Below, one piece after another: positions 11,975 to 25,140 of a stretch of 64,000 nucleotides of DNA. Below the pieces are notes generated by a model. It was not told the origin of the DNA and made no database searches. It saw nothing but the letters and a program-made list of their open reading frames with translations. The translations under genes and the position numbers were made by a program. Source of the DNA: Chrysomallon squamiferum. Taxonomy: Eukaryota > Animalia > Mollusca. Numbering within the stretch: position 1 is the stretch's first letter; every line of letters starts with the position of its first letter. Location of the stretch: contig CM022678.1 in the NCBI GenBank assembly GCA_012295275.1, positions 7,998,001 to 8,062,000 of the forward strand, given 5' to 3'.

Positions 11975-14660
11975 TATAACCAACTGAAATTAAACTCTTT
12001 ATTCCAATACATACATTTTGAAGACAGCTCCAAATGTATCATAGATAACACACTCCATTTACTATTATACATAATTGTCCCTTCTATTTTTAGAACTTTT
12101 ACAATGTTAGACAATCAATTTGTCATATATATGTAGATACAACAAAGTAAGAACAACTTTTTCAACAACACTGAAAGCAACATTAAACTGTAAAGTGGAA
12201 CTGTGAACATATATTAACTACAGATTGTATATCGCTTTACTTTGATCAGTAACAAAATAAAAATAAAATAAAAATAAAATTCCCAACAAAACAAACACAA
12301 CAACTCTGAATTCACACATCACCTGCTTTTGTGCAGCTGAACTTAGAGGTGTTTCTTCCAGATCGTCAGGATTCTGCTCTAAAACCTGAAAATAATAAAA
12401 CCAACTGAAATTAAACTTTCTGTCTCCCCATATGTACATTTTGAAGATAACTCTATTTACTATTATACATAATTCTCATTTCTATTTTTAGAACTTTTAC
12501 AATGTCAGACAATCAATTTATCATATATATGTAGATACAACAAAGTAAGAACAACTTCTTCAACAACACTGAAGGCAGCATTAAACTGAAAAGTGGAAGT
12601 TTGAACGTATATTAAATACAGATTGTATTTACTATGATCAGTAACAAAAGAAAAAAAAATCCCTACAAAAAAACCAAACAAAAAAACCCAACAACTCTGA
12701 ATTCACACATCACCTGGTTCTGTGCAGGTCCACTTAGAGATCTTTCTTCCAGATCATCAGGATTCTGCTCTAAAACCTGAAAATAATAAAACCAACTGAA
12801 ATTAAACTTTCTGTCTCCCCATATGTACATTTTGAAGATAACTCTATTTACTATTATACATAATTCTCATTTCTATTTTTAGAACTTTTACAATGTCAGA
12901 CAATCAATTTATCATATATATGTAGATACAACAAAGTAAGAACAACTTCTTCAACAACACTGAAGGCAGCATTAAACTGAAAAGTGGAAGTTTGAACGTA
13001 TATTAAATACAGATTGTATTTACTATGATCAGTAACAAAAGAAAAAAAAATCCCTACAAAAAAACAAACAAAAAAACCCAACAACTCTGAATTCACACAT
13101 CACCTGGTTCTGTGCAGGTCCACTTAGAGATCTTTCTTCCAGATCATCAGGATTCTGCTCTAAAACCTGAAAATAATAAAACCAACTGAAATTAAACTCT
13201 TTATTCCAATACATACATTTTGAAGACAACTCCAAATGTATCATAGATAACACACTCTATTTATTATTATACATAATTGTCATTTCAATTTTTAGAACTT
13301 TTACAATGTCAGACAATCAATTTATCATATATATGTAGATACAACAATGTAAGAACAAGTTCTTCAACAACATTGAAGGCAGCATTAAACTGAAAAGTGG
13401 AACTGTGAACATATATTAACTACAGATTGTAAATCGCTTTACTGTGATCACTAACAAAAGAAAAAAAATTCCCTACAACCCCCCCCCAAAACAACAACTC
13501 TGAATTCACACATCACCTGGTTCTGTGCAGGTCCACTTAGAGATCTTTCTTCCAGATCATCAGGATTCTGCTCTAAAACCTGAAAATAATAAAACCAACT
13601 GAAATTAAACTTTCTTTCTTCCAATAAGTACATTTTGAAGATAACTCTATTTACTATTATACATAATTCACACTTCTATTTTTAGAACTTTTACAATGTT
13701 AGACAATTTATTATACATATATAGATACAACAATGTAAGAACAATTTCTTCAACAACACTGAAGAAATCATTAAACTGTAAAGTGGAAGTTTGAACGTAT
13801 ATTAAATACAGATTGTATATTGCTTTAGTATGATGAGTAACAAAAGAAAACAAAAATCACTACAAAAAAAAAAAAAATATATTAAAAGAGAAAAAACAAC
13901 AACTCTGAATTCACACATCACCTGGTTCTGTGCAGGTCCACTTAGAGATCTTTCTTCCAGATCATCAGGATTCTGCTCTAAAACCTGAAAATAATAAAAC
14001 CAACTGAAATTAAACTTTCTTTCTTTCAATACGTACCTTTTGAAGATGATTCTATTTACTATTATACATAATTCTCACTTCTATTTTTAGAACTTTTACA
14101 ATGTCAGACAATCAATTTATCATATATATGTAGATACAACAATGTAAGAACAAGGTCTTCAACAACACTGAAGGCAGCATTAAACTGTAAAGTGAAAGTT
14201 TGAACGTATATTAACTACATATTGTATATCGCTTTACTATGATCAGTAACAAAAGAAAAAACAAATCCCTGCAAAAAATAAGCAAAAAAAACAACACATT
14301 ACCAGCTTTTGTCCAGGTCCACTTTGAGATCTTTCTTGCTGATGATGAGTATTCGTCTGTGAACCCTGAAAATAATATAACCAACTGAAATTAAACTTTC
14401 TTTATTCCAATAAGTACATTTTGAAGACAGCTCCTAATGTTTCATAGATAACACACTATTTATTACTACACATTATTCTTATTTCAATTTTTAGAACTTT
14501 TGAAATGACAGACAATCAATTTATCATACATATATAGATACTACAATGTAAGAACAATTCCTTCAACAACACTGAAGACACCATTAAACTGTAAAGAGGA
14601 AGTTTGAACATACATTAAATACAGATTGTATATTGCTTTACTATGATCAATAATAATTAA
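11975..14660 (-). repeat. Tandem array of ~380-420-bp intron+exon units, each with a 63-nt phase-0 exon (VLEQNPDDLEERSLSGPAQNQ)
   Basis: Exons at 14365-14303, 13984-13922, 13579-13517, 13166-13104, 12776-12714 and 12385-12323, each bounded by ttttcag and gtgatg/gtaatg. The repeated ORFs are visible in the track. Confidence 0.85.
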
Positions 14661-17501
14661 AAAATAGTAATAATAATAATAAAATAAAAATAGAGATCAG
14701 GTGTACAAAGTGAAAATAAAAATACTCTTGATAATAAACTCATAGAGAAAGATATTTCAGTTTTCACAATAAGGACATTAGTAAATATCTAAAAATCGAC
14801 AGAATTAATAATAGAAAAATAAATAACAGATAATAATAATAATAATAATAATATAAAATAATATAAAATAAAAAAAATAAAAAAATATAAAACCTGTATT
14901 TTGAGTCCCTTAAGTAACATTATTTAAAAAACGTCATAATTCTCTCATTTAAATTATAATCAACTGAAATTGAACTTTCTTTGTTCTAATACGTAAATTT
15001 TTTAATACAACTCATAATCTACATCGATAAATATCAAAAATTTTCATAACCCTTAACATAAAAATATTTTAAAACCTTTCGACACACATAATTAAATAAT
15101 GTGTGGTATTTGTGTTATTATTATTTTTTTTTAATTAAAGAAAAATATTCTTCTCAAATGTACTGGTAGATTATCAAAACAGATATTAATATTCTAATCT
15201 TTTTGTTCTGTTTGTTCAGTAACCTTCACCTTTCTGTATCAACCACTCATCATAATTGAACTTTAATCTTTACTGACCTTTGACCTTAAATTAGAATGGA
15301 GACCTTCTGGGAAGAAAATTACACGATTTTCTGAAAAAAGAAAAAGGTTTATCATCAGAATAAACAATTGTTATAGTTCAACATAAATCATTTAAAATTA
15401 TTAACCTGTATAAGCTGACAGATGATGAAAGAAAGAAAGAAAAACAGTAAGACAATGAAGATGAAAAAAAACAAGAAAAATTACGAGACAATGCAAAAAA
15501 TAAAAATAAAAAATAAAAAATAAAAAAACAAGAAAGGATTAACATTTAATAACAAAAATTAAATATATAAATGAGGTATTGAATGAATAAATAAACACAA
15601 AAATTTGAATAACTAAATAAACAAAACTGAACATATTTCTACTTGATGTAACACACCTCTTCATCCCTGGAACTAATCACCTGTGGAACGTAATTAATTA
15701 TCAAGCATAATTATACATCATTTAAATAAATAGGACAATGTATTATAGAAAAAAATAAAATAAATAAAGATAATAAAATATAAAGAATCTAATCAGTCTG
15801 GTACATACCTTTCTTAATCTGTTCAGGTATCATCGAAATTATATTTTTAATTTCTTTTAAATAATAGTCTCGATCATATCTTTCACCAGAGCTGTCTATA
15901 AGCTTCAAGATCATTTCAACAATCATGAAGAATCCATCTGAAACAATACTGACCTAGAAGAAAGAAAAAAATAACTGTAATAATGAGAAACAACAGCAAT
16001 ATTATTAATTACAGCAACAACAATAACAACAAAAATAATAATAATTAGTTATGACTGTTTTTCAATATGTCATTAAAAATACAGTTTATACTACAATAAT
16101 TCTGAATATATTCAAAAAATAAATAATAATCATTAGTAATAAAGATACTGATATTAACAATAACAAAGGAATAAAAACTGTCAATATTAACCATAATGAA
16201 AATTACAATAATAGTAACAATAACTTTGTACAAGTTTAATATTACTTTTTCTTCCTTTGCAAGGTCTTTTTTATATTGATTCAGGTCATCAAGAGAATTA
16301 ATAGTTTTTGAAAGGAACGGTTGGCAAACAAGATTGAGAATTTGCCGAAGGTCTTGATCTACCCCCTGGCTCTTTACTTGTAATTCTCTTAAGCTCTACC
16401 AAAGTCTATGAGCATTATCTTAACCAGTTTCTGAATCATCACATTGCCTTCTGGAAGGTAAATAAGTAAATAAATGAATAAATTAAATTAAATTAAATAA
16501 ATAAACAAGAAACTGAATAAATAAATAGGTAAGTAAATATGTAATCTGTTTTGATTTTTTTTTTAAAGTTACTGAAATTAAACAAATAAGTAAATAAATA
16601 ACCAAATGAAAATAAATGAATAAATAAATAAAAATTGCTAAAGTAGCTTATTATCTATTTTATCTTTATAATTATTTATAAAATTTAATATTGAGTGATT
16701 TTATTTCAGAACTTTTATCACAACTGTTTCAGATCAGTATTCTTATTTCTTTTTAAACTTTTTTTATTTAATCTTTTCATTGATATTATTGAAACAATTT
16801 GTTCAGTCGTCTTTATTTATTTTTAAATCTAAAGACAAAATCACATTTATGAAATATTTCCTACAACTGACAATGCTTGATGCTTAAAATGAGATCTTAT
16901 GAATCAAACTGGGGATTAAATTGCATTACCTTTTCGTGTTATCACAGAAAAATTTCTGTTATATATATATTAATTTTTTTTGACTATGACAAAATCTAGA
17001 TTACATACATTGAGATCTTTTTGTAAAAAGTTTCTGTATCCTGTATTCATATAGTTAAGTTTAGTTTTCAATCATTTTTATTATACATTTTTACAGCCAC
17101 ACAAACTATGGAGATGGGAGATGTATCAACAGAATGTTAACAGGAACAGAAATATCTGCATAACTCAATAACTGTCAGATGGGGAGTTGTATCAACAGAA
17201 TGTTAACAGGAACAGAAATATCTGCATAACTCAATAACTGTCAGGTGCTACTTAATAAGATCTATTTGGGGATTCTAAGGACTGTGTAAATATGCTAAGT
17301 AATAAAAATATTTCAAACCATGCAGGTCTCTGTGAGTCCAGCCCTTTTCATGCATCGTTTTGATTGCACTGAGTAAATCTTTCAAAAGGTTGAGAGCATG
17401 CCCTTCCCAGCTTTTTTCTGGTATTTTGTACTTTTCCGCTTCCAAGATATATCTAAGTGTGTTTGCTTCATTTTCATATAATAATAATAATAATAATAAT
17501 C

Positions 17502-17534
<33 letters not shown>

Positions 17535-17563
17535 GCAACAACAATAATAAAAATATAATAAAA

Positions 17564-17600
<37 letters not shown>

Positions 17601-17617
17601 GCAACAACAATAATAAA

Positions 17618-17649
<32 letters not shown>

Positions 17650-17822
17650 GATACTACTACTACTACTAACAGTAATAAATAAATAATAAAGCAGTATAAA
17701 TTTAAAATGAAATAGAACAAAATGTATGTGTTAAATATGCAAGTATTTACTTTGACAAAAATCACTATGAAAATAGTTCAAACAAGAACAAATATTTTGT
17801 TTAACACTAAAACCATTATGCA

Positions 17823-18508
17823 TGTCACAGGATTCAGACTGCATAAACAAATTGATACTTCAATCACATCCCCTCTTTTTATTTTTACGCTATGGAATTG
17901 AAATTGTGTAACTCTAATTGTAACTACCATCACATCTGCACTTTGTTATTGTTTCTGCCAAATGTTTTATCTCCATGGCATTGCTATAAAAGGGCTGGCA
18001 TTTGGTAATTAAGCAGGGAAGGAAAAGTTCAAGATGAAAGCTCAGTCAGGCAGGGAAAACCAATGTTTTTGAATGACATTGTCTTTACAGACGAGTATGG
18101 TAAGCAATTGTCAATTCTTATTTTGATAGGGTATAATGTGCAACTAACCTGTGTCAATAACATTTATTATACTAAAATTTTACTTGTTTAATCTGTCCTC
18201 TGTGCAGATTCTTATTTTGTCTTGGTTCCCCTATGACCTTTCATTAATCAAAATTATTTAAATATGTTTTATGATTGTATAATGTATTATTATTATTATC
18301 AAGTCACCTGTGTATCATAATTAAATAATCAACATGAACCTTAACTTGTGTTTATTTCTCTAGTGGACAGACAGACTTATTGAGTTATATAGACTGCTGT
18401 CAATTTAGCCTTTGGACTCATTGTTCGGTGACCATTAAAGCTCCTTGTTACACTAGACTGAGCCTTAATAAAACATCTGAGGTGTTTAATGATGTGGGTC
18501 CCATGACA
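17823..18508 (+). mobile_element. Probable solo LTR (686 bp) in an intron of kinase C
   Basis: Absent at the homologous intron site of the other copies. Termini TGTCACAGGA...TCCCATGACA (TG..CA, 8/10 inverted match), internal TATAAAA (~17985) and AATAAA (~18466). No clean TSD seen. Confidence 0.6.
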
Positions 18509-20573
18509 GACTGTGATTATGAAATTATTTTTACTTTGATTACATTGCATAACTTACTTTTTGAACCAGCATCAAACATTTCATACAGCCATAATTAATT
18601 ATATTTGTAATTAGCTAACAAATAAAACTGTATCTATAACAAAGTTCACTGTCTGCAGCTGTATATAAAATGATAAAAAGAAACATCAAAGGTTATACAC
18701 TGGTTATGAACATTTGTACTATTTTGTTTGAGGGTAGCAAAACAGCACAAGAGGTATTTTCAAATAAATAAATAAAAAAAAAAAAAAAAAAATTTGAATC
18801 TTCTCACCTTGCTCAAGTATTTCCATGTGAAAACAGATCTTATTCTCTTCCCTTCTAATCAGATACAACTTGGGTACATATCCTGTTTCTTTCAAATCAA
18901 CCCAACAGTATGCCTCCTCATCTCTAAATATACCCATAACCAAACCTGAAATTTATAAAATGATTTTTACTGCAATCATGACATTAACGAATGAAAATCA
19001 CTGTGTGAATAAATGGATGGATATTAAAAAAGGAATGAATGAAGAGAACAGATGAATAAATGGATAAAATGATTAATATTAAAGGAGGAACAAATGAATG
19101 AAGGAATGAATAAAATAATAACTGATCAACAAAATCTCCATTCCACACATTTTACCAGATGGTATGTTTATGTTTATATACAAGAAAACATTTCCTATAA
19201 AATCAAAGTGCACAAGAGGAAATCCAATGAAAGGACTATTTTAATAGATAAAAAAACTTTTATATGCATTTTTCAATGGACAACCAGTGAAAATTAAATG
19301 CATTGTTTATATATAACAACTCACTGACTTCACCGCATGTTTTGTTTTACTGCCAACATCTTCAACTACGATGATGTCCCCAGCAATGTTTCCTTTTCCA
19401 AGAATTTCACCAAGTTGTCTAAACTGTTCACCCTTCCTGTATTTTCTATTTTTTAGTGTTATCTGTAAAAATAGCATCGACCATCTGATATTCATAGTTG
19501 TAGGTTATTACCTACAAAACATCTTTTTATTATTCTATTTTAACTGTAAATATTAATTCAGTTTTCTTACAAAATGGACATCAGATATTAAATGGTAACA
19601 TTTCTACATTGTATGTGCAATTTTAATTATAAACACCCATATAACATTCTCTCTCTTGCTCTCACTCTCTCTCTCACTCACACACACACATTCACAAACA
19701 TCATTTCAAATTGGTATAATAATATCAAACATTAGGTTAATAGAATGGAGAAAAAATTCAAAATCAGAAAGTCTAGTACAACACAAGTTTTTTTTTTTTT
19801 TTTTTTTTAGAGTAAGCTGTAAATTTGAGTCAGGTCATATACTACATATAAAAAATAAATAAAATTAACTGCTTTTTCACCTTCATCAACTTTATCTTAT
19901 TTTCACAAAAATCATTAAAACAAGACTGAGATACACAATGTTGTTAAGCATTTTTTTGCTTTCTTTGTTGTTTTAATTTTGTATTTTTAAATTACTTCTG
20001 AACCATCAAAAACAACATCAGTGGGGATATGATGTTTCAAAATCACCTTCGATGAATCAAGAACCACACCAGCAGGGCTACGGTTTTCTTTCTCATATTC
20101 AATCATTTCCATCATCGACATTATTCTTCGGGTGATATCTTCATCTGATTTGGGTTGCTGTATAACGTCTGCTTCTGATTTGTCAACATAATAAAGTCTT
20201 GGGATTGTCCTAAACAAAAAAATATTCTTATTCAATAATTGATCTTTCTCATGCATACTCGAACTAAATTGAACAGAAATTTATTTACACTTGGTCTGTG
20301 GTCTATAGCATTTGAAGATACATTCACTATGAAACTAAACAGTTTACAGAGAATACAAATTACAGTTTAATCAAGACACAATTAAATTAGCTTACTTTTC
20401 ATCCTTCGCATCTTCCTGTAAGTCAGCTAAAATAAACAATTTGTATACTGTAAACAGTCAAATCACATTACAAATTACAAAATTTACTGTAATCAACCAG
20501 AAATCATTATTATTACTTGTATGAATTTAAAAAATAATAATAAAAATAAAGAATGTGGGAATATATATATATA

Positions 20574-20618
<45 letters not shown>

Positions 20619-20929
20619 ATATATATTATATTTATATATATATATACATCAAAAATCTAAAAGTATTCTGTACAATTATAAATTGTGAGATCTCAAACAA
20701 GTATAAAGGGTTTCTGTCAGGATAACAATTCTTCAGTGTGTCAAATCATCCAAACAGTTAAATACAGTTTAAGTACACTTTAAAAAAACACCAGCTAAAT
20801 CATTGTGTCGTTTTTCTGGTGACAGCTGAGCATACTTGGAAGGAATTTCAACTATACAAAAAAGAAACAAATTACAGATATAGTACAAGATGTTGCTTTG
20901 AACAATGTGTGTGTCTGTGTGATTATGTG

Positions 20930-23900
20930 TGAATTACAAATAATTTACAAAGTAAAAATAGTTATTCCCAAAAAGCTATATATTTTGGTCAGTGCCACAA
21001 ATTATAAAAACTGACTTAGTAGTAGTAATGTGTTGCCACTATTTATAGTGATAGTGTGATGACTACTATATATATATTATCTGTTACACAAAACTGTGTG
21101 TTTAAATTTACTCTAGAATACATACCATCATATCTGGATTTTCTTTTCTTATTCAGATAAACATCTGAATTTTCTTGAACCTGTAAATAAATTTATCTAA
21201 ATAGGTAAACTAACCAAATACAAACGATTTATAAAAACAATATTTCTGGAACAGCATTTCAAATTTTTCAAAATTAATACAGTCTGAATAAACAATTATT
21301 TACAAATGTTTTTGTTATTTAAGGTTGACTTTAAAAATAAAATAAAATTTAATCAAATAAAAAATAAATTGTAAACATTTCAGTTATTAAAGATCTTGAA
21401 AAAATTATAAAAATATTGTTTTACTAACACAGTATTGTAGCAATATTGTTTAATTAACCCATTATAGCAATACTGTTTTATTAACCCAGTGTTATAGCAA
21501 TATTGTTTTATTAACCCAGTATTATAATGAAATTGAAACATTACAATGTTTCAGATGGAATTTGTTTCGAATTTTAATGTAAATACTTCTCCACTCGTTT
21601 CCAGTAAATGTGTTAATTATTTGCATCTGAAATTAACATCTGTATTTGTGCGTGTCTGTCTGTTTGTCTTTGGTTATGTTTTTATGTCTGTCTCTATGTA
21701 TTTGTATTTATGGTTTGTGTATGTGTGAGAAAGAGAAAGACAGAGTGGAAGAAAGAAAATGTAAGGGGTGTGGGGGACAAAGAGTGAGGAGGGGGATGTG
21801 TATGTATGTGTCTGTGTCTACATATATGTGTGTATGTCTGCATGCGTGTATTTGAGTGTTCATGTGCATGCACAAGTGTGTGTTTCAGTAATATTTTAAA
21901 ATAGTATTTACAGAAAAGAAACGTACAGTATCAGACTGAGAGGTGTTAGATGACATTCCACTGCTCAGCACATTGTTCACCGGCTCTGAAAATTAAACAT
22001 TTGTTAACAACCATGTAACAAACAGAATAGGAGAAAAAAAACTTGTCCAATTCAGCCCTAAAACAACATCAAAATATTACATTCATTAAGAAAAGATTAC
22101 AAAATCCATGTGTTCTATTTAACTCTGGTTTCAGTCAGATCTGCAAATTTTGACTCTGTCCTGTGAAAGGTGAAGTAACCTAAATTTCTTTTACTTCTGA
22201 GTGAGCAAAAATGACTTTTTAGTCTCTAGCATTTTTATGATCCATGAAATAGAACCAGACTGAAGGAAAAAAAAACTAATTTATTCAAATTTATTACTAC
22301 AGATGAACCTGATACTTTTCTTCTTCTTTTATTACTACATTAACAAAATCAGCCCTAAAACAACCAGTAAATTAACCTTCTGTGTCAAGTAAAAATCATT
22401 TGGTCCATTATAAATACTAAGTTTAATTATCAGACATAACCCAAACTTTCATGCAGCGGTTTGTAGAGTTTCAGCTCAGTCTTTTGAAAACAAGTTCAAA
22501 ATGGTCATTTAAGATTTAAATCAGCAATTAAAAGCAAAAGAAGTAGCTTTGAACATTACGTGTGAATTTAAAATAATTTCACTTAAAGTAAAAATAGTTA
22601 TTCGAAAAAAGCTATGTATTTTGGTCAGTGCCACAAATTTTAAAACTGACTTTGTAGTAGTAATGTGTTGACACTATTTATAGTGATAGTGTGATGAATA
22701 CTATATATATATATATATATATTATTATCTGTTACACAAAAAGTGTGTGTGTTTAAATTTACTCTAGAATACATACCAGCCTCAACAACATTTCTGAATC
22801 TTTGACACCTTTTGAGAGGAACTTCTGACTTCTCTTCAGCCTGTAGATAAATTTATCTAAATAAGGAAACTGACCAAATACAAACCATTTATAAAAACAA
22901 TATTTCTGAATTAGGATTTGAAAGTCTTCAAAATTAATTCTGAATAAACAACTCTTTACAAATGTTTTTGTTATTTAAGGTTGACGTTAAAAGTAAAATA
23001 AAATTTAATAAAATAATAAATAAATAAATTACAAACATTTCAGTTATTAAAGATAACTGTATGCATGTATTTGAGTATAGCTGTGCATGCACAAGTGTGT
23101 GTTTCAGTAATATTTTAAAATAATATTTACAGAAAAGAAACATACAGTATCAGACTGAGAGGTGTTAGATGACATTCCACTGCTCAGCACATTGTTCGCC
23201 GGCTCTGAAAATTAAACATTTGTTATTATACACCAACAACCATGTAACAAACAGAATAGGAGAACAAAAACTTGTCCAATTCAACCCTCCAAAACAACAT
23301 CAAAATATTACATTCATTAAGAAAAGATTACAAAATCTATCTGTTCTATTTAACTCTGGTTTCAGTCAGATGTGCAAATTTTGACTCTGTCCTGTGAAAG
23401 GTGAAGTAACCTAAATTTCTTTTACGTCTGAGTGAGCAAAAATGACTTTTTTTAGTCTCTAGCATTTTTATGATCCATGAAATAGAACCAGACTGAAGGA
23501 AAAAAACTAATTTATTCAAATTTATTACTACAGATGAACCTGACACTTTTCTTCTTCTTTTTATTACTACATTAACAAAATCAGCCCTAAAACAACCAGT
23601 AAATTAACCTTCTGTGTCAAGTAAAAATCATTTGGTCCATTATAAATACTAAGTTTAATTACCAAACTTTCATGTAGCGGTTTGTAGAGTTTCAGCTCAG
23701 TCTTTTTGAAAACAAGTTCAAAATGGTCATTTAAGATTTAAATCAGCAATTAAAAGCAAAAAGAAGTAGCTTTGAACATTACGTGTGAATTTAAAATAAT
23801 TTACGAAAAGTAAAAATAGTTATTCAAAAAAAGCTATGTATTTTGGTCAGTGCCACAAATTTTAAAACTGACTTTGTAGTAGTAATGTGTTGACACTATT

Positions 23901-23931
23901 TATAGTGATATTGTGATGAATACTATATATA
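20930..23931 (-). repeat. Tandem ~1.2-1.6-kb units carrying paired N-terminal exons of kinase C, running into the gap
   Basis: ~21840-22710 is nearly identical to ~23080-23931. The block aagtaaaaatagttatt...ggtcagtgccacaaat occurs at ~20950, ~22590 and ~23810. Confidence 0.8.
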
Positions 23932-24131
23932 NNNNNNNNNNNNNNNNNNNNNNNNNNNNNNNNNNNNNNNNNNNNNNNNNNNNNNNNNNNNNNNNNNNNN
24001 NNNNNNNNNNNNNNNNNNNNNNNNNNNNNNNNNNNNNNNNNNNNNNNNNNNNNNNNNNNNNNNNNNNNNNNNNNNNNNNNNNNNNNNNNNNNNNNNNNNN
24101 NNNNNNNNNNNNNNNNNNNNNNNNNNNNNNN
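23932..24131. other. Assembly gap (200 N)
   Basis: Run of N. Confidence 1.
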
Positions 24132-24399
24132 GTGTATACTATACAATTGCTTTTGTTTTTCTTAAAGTTTCTCATCTAATAAAAAGCATTTCATTTGAAA
24201 TCATAATTTCTTTTCAGTTTGTTGGAACTTGATTTTAGGGAATAAATGCTGTTTATTAATGAGCATAAAATTATGCTTTTATGGAAGTATTATTTGTATC
24301 TGCTTATAATATTGTCAGAATAATGATAAAAATAGAGAAAAAATTACATTATATGGTCACACAATAGAAGAAATGTCTGTTTGTTTGTGAGAGTTATAG

Positions 24400-25140
24400 T
24401 TCTGTCTGATGTGAAAAGTGAAGGATAGAAACAGTGAAGAACTTTGTATCTGCAAGAAGCCATGACATTAGGTACACATTGCAATGATTCAGTGTGAAAA
24501 TATTTAGTTTAATACCTCTGTAGTTCTGTGACTATTCAGTGCTTCTCTAAAAGGAACAAAAGATGAGGAGATCACTTTCACTTGTGGAAGAAATTAATGA
24601 TAACATGAAATATAACATTAAAGATAATTTATTCTCAGTTAAGGAAGTTGTGATGAGAAAAATTATTTTGAGGAAAAACCAGCAGAAAACTTAGCTTCGG
24701 TGGATGTAGCATAGCAGTAGAAGGTAAGGATATAATCAGTTTTTCTTTTTTTTATCTCATTCATATTCTATCCACCCCATCGTTAGAAATGTATACCAAG
24801 CACTTGTTCTATATCTGAGAAGTACTTTACATATAAAATTCCAATGCAGACAACATTTGAATTGGAAGCTGGACAGTGGGAAAATTTACTAATAAAATGG
24901 GTGACAGTTTTAACATGGCAAATAGCAAGAGGTTTTAGTTCATTAAAATAAAGCAATCCATATATAGTTTTCATGTTCAAATATCATCCATCGTGTAACT
25001 TCTACTACCAAAAAATCAAAAAAGGAATAAACTGTATGCTGCTCAGGCTTACTGTACTTTTGCAGACTGGTCTGTGAATGGTGGCTTGAAAATGTATAAA
25101 CTGAACAGAGCAGAATCGGAAGAAAACTCAACAGTAATGT
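24400..25140 (+). mobile_element. Highly degraded coding relic, possibly transposon-derived, with a PHD-finger-like remnant
   Basis: The plus frame from 24436 reads EELCICKKP*H*VHIAMIQCEN...EITFTCG (CxC...MIQCE...FxC spacing) with several stops. The block is unique in the window. Confidence 0.3.

Larger units (their letters stand above)
11521..23204 (-). pseudogene. NIK/Tpl2-like kinase copy C; disrupted, with amplified N- and C-terminal exons; 5' end lost in the assembly gap
   Basis: Exons 23204-23146, 22840-22777, 21985-21927, 21180-21126 (LNKKRKSR), 20851-20792, 20426-20396, 20209-20047 (or -19996), 19462-19325 (LGKGNIAG..HAVKS), 18945-18808 (+2 shift at start), 17465-17319 (WTHRDLH), 16450-16246 (IDFGRA* then two +1 shifts), 15953-15809, 15330-15278, six 63-nt exons between 14365 and 12323, and a possible last exon 11538-11521. 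Confidence 0.75.

Noticed and set aside
11975-14660. Regular repeats superficially like a CRISPR array
   Set aside because: Eukaryotic context; the ~400-bp units repeat entirely, with no unique spacers and no cas genes. Explained as exon duplication.
23862-24179. ORFs spanning the N run
   Set aside because: Artefacts of the assembly gap.
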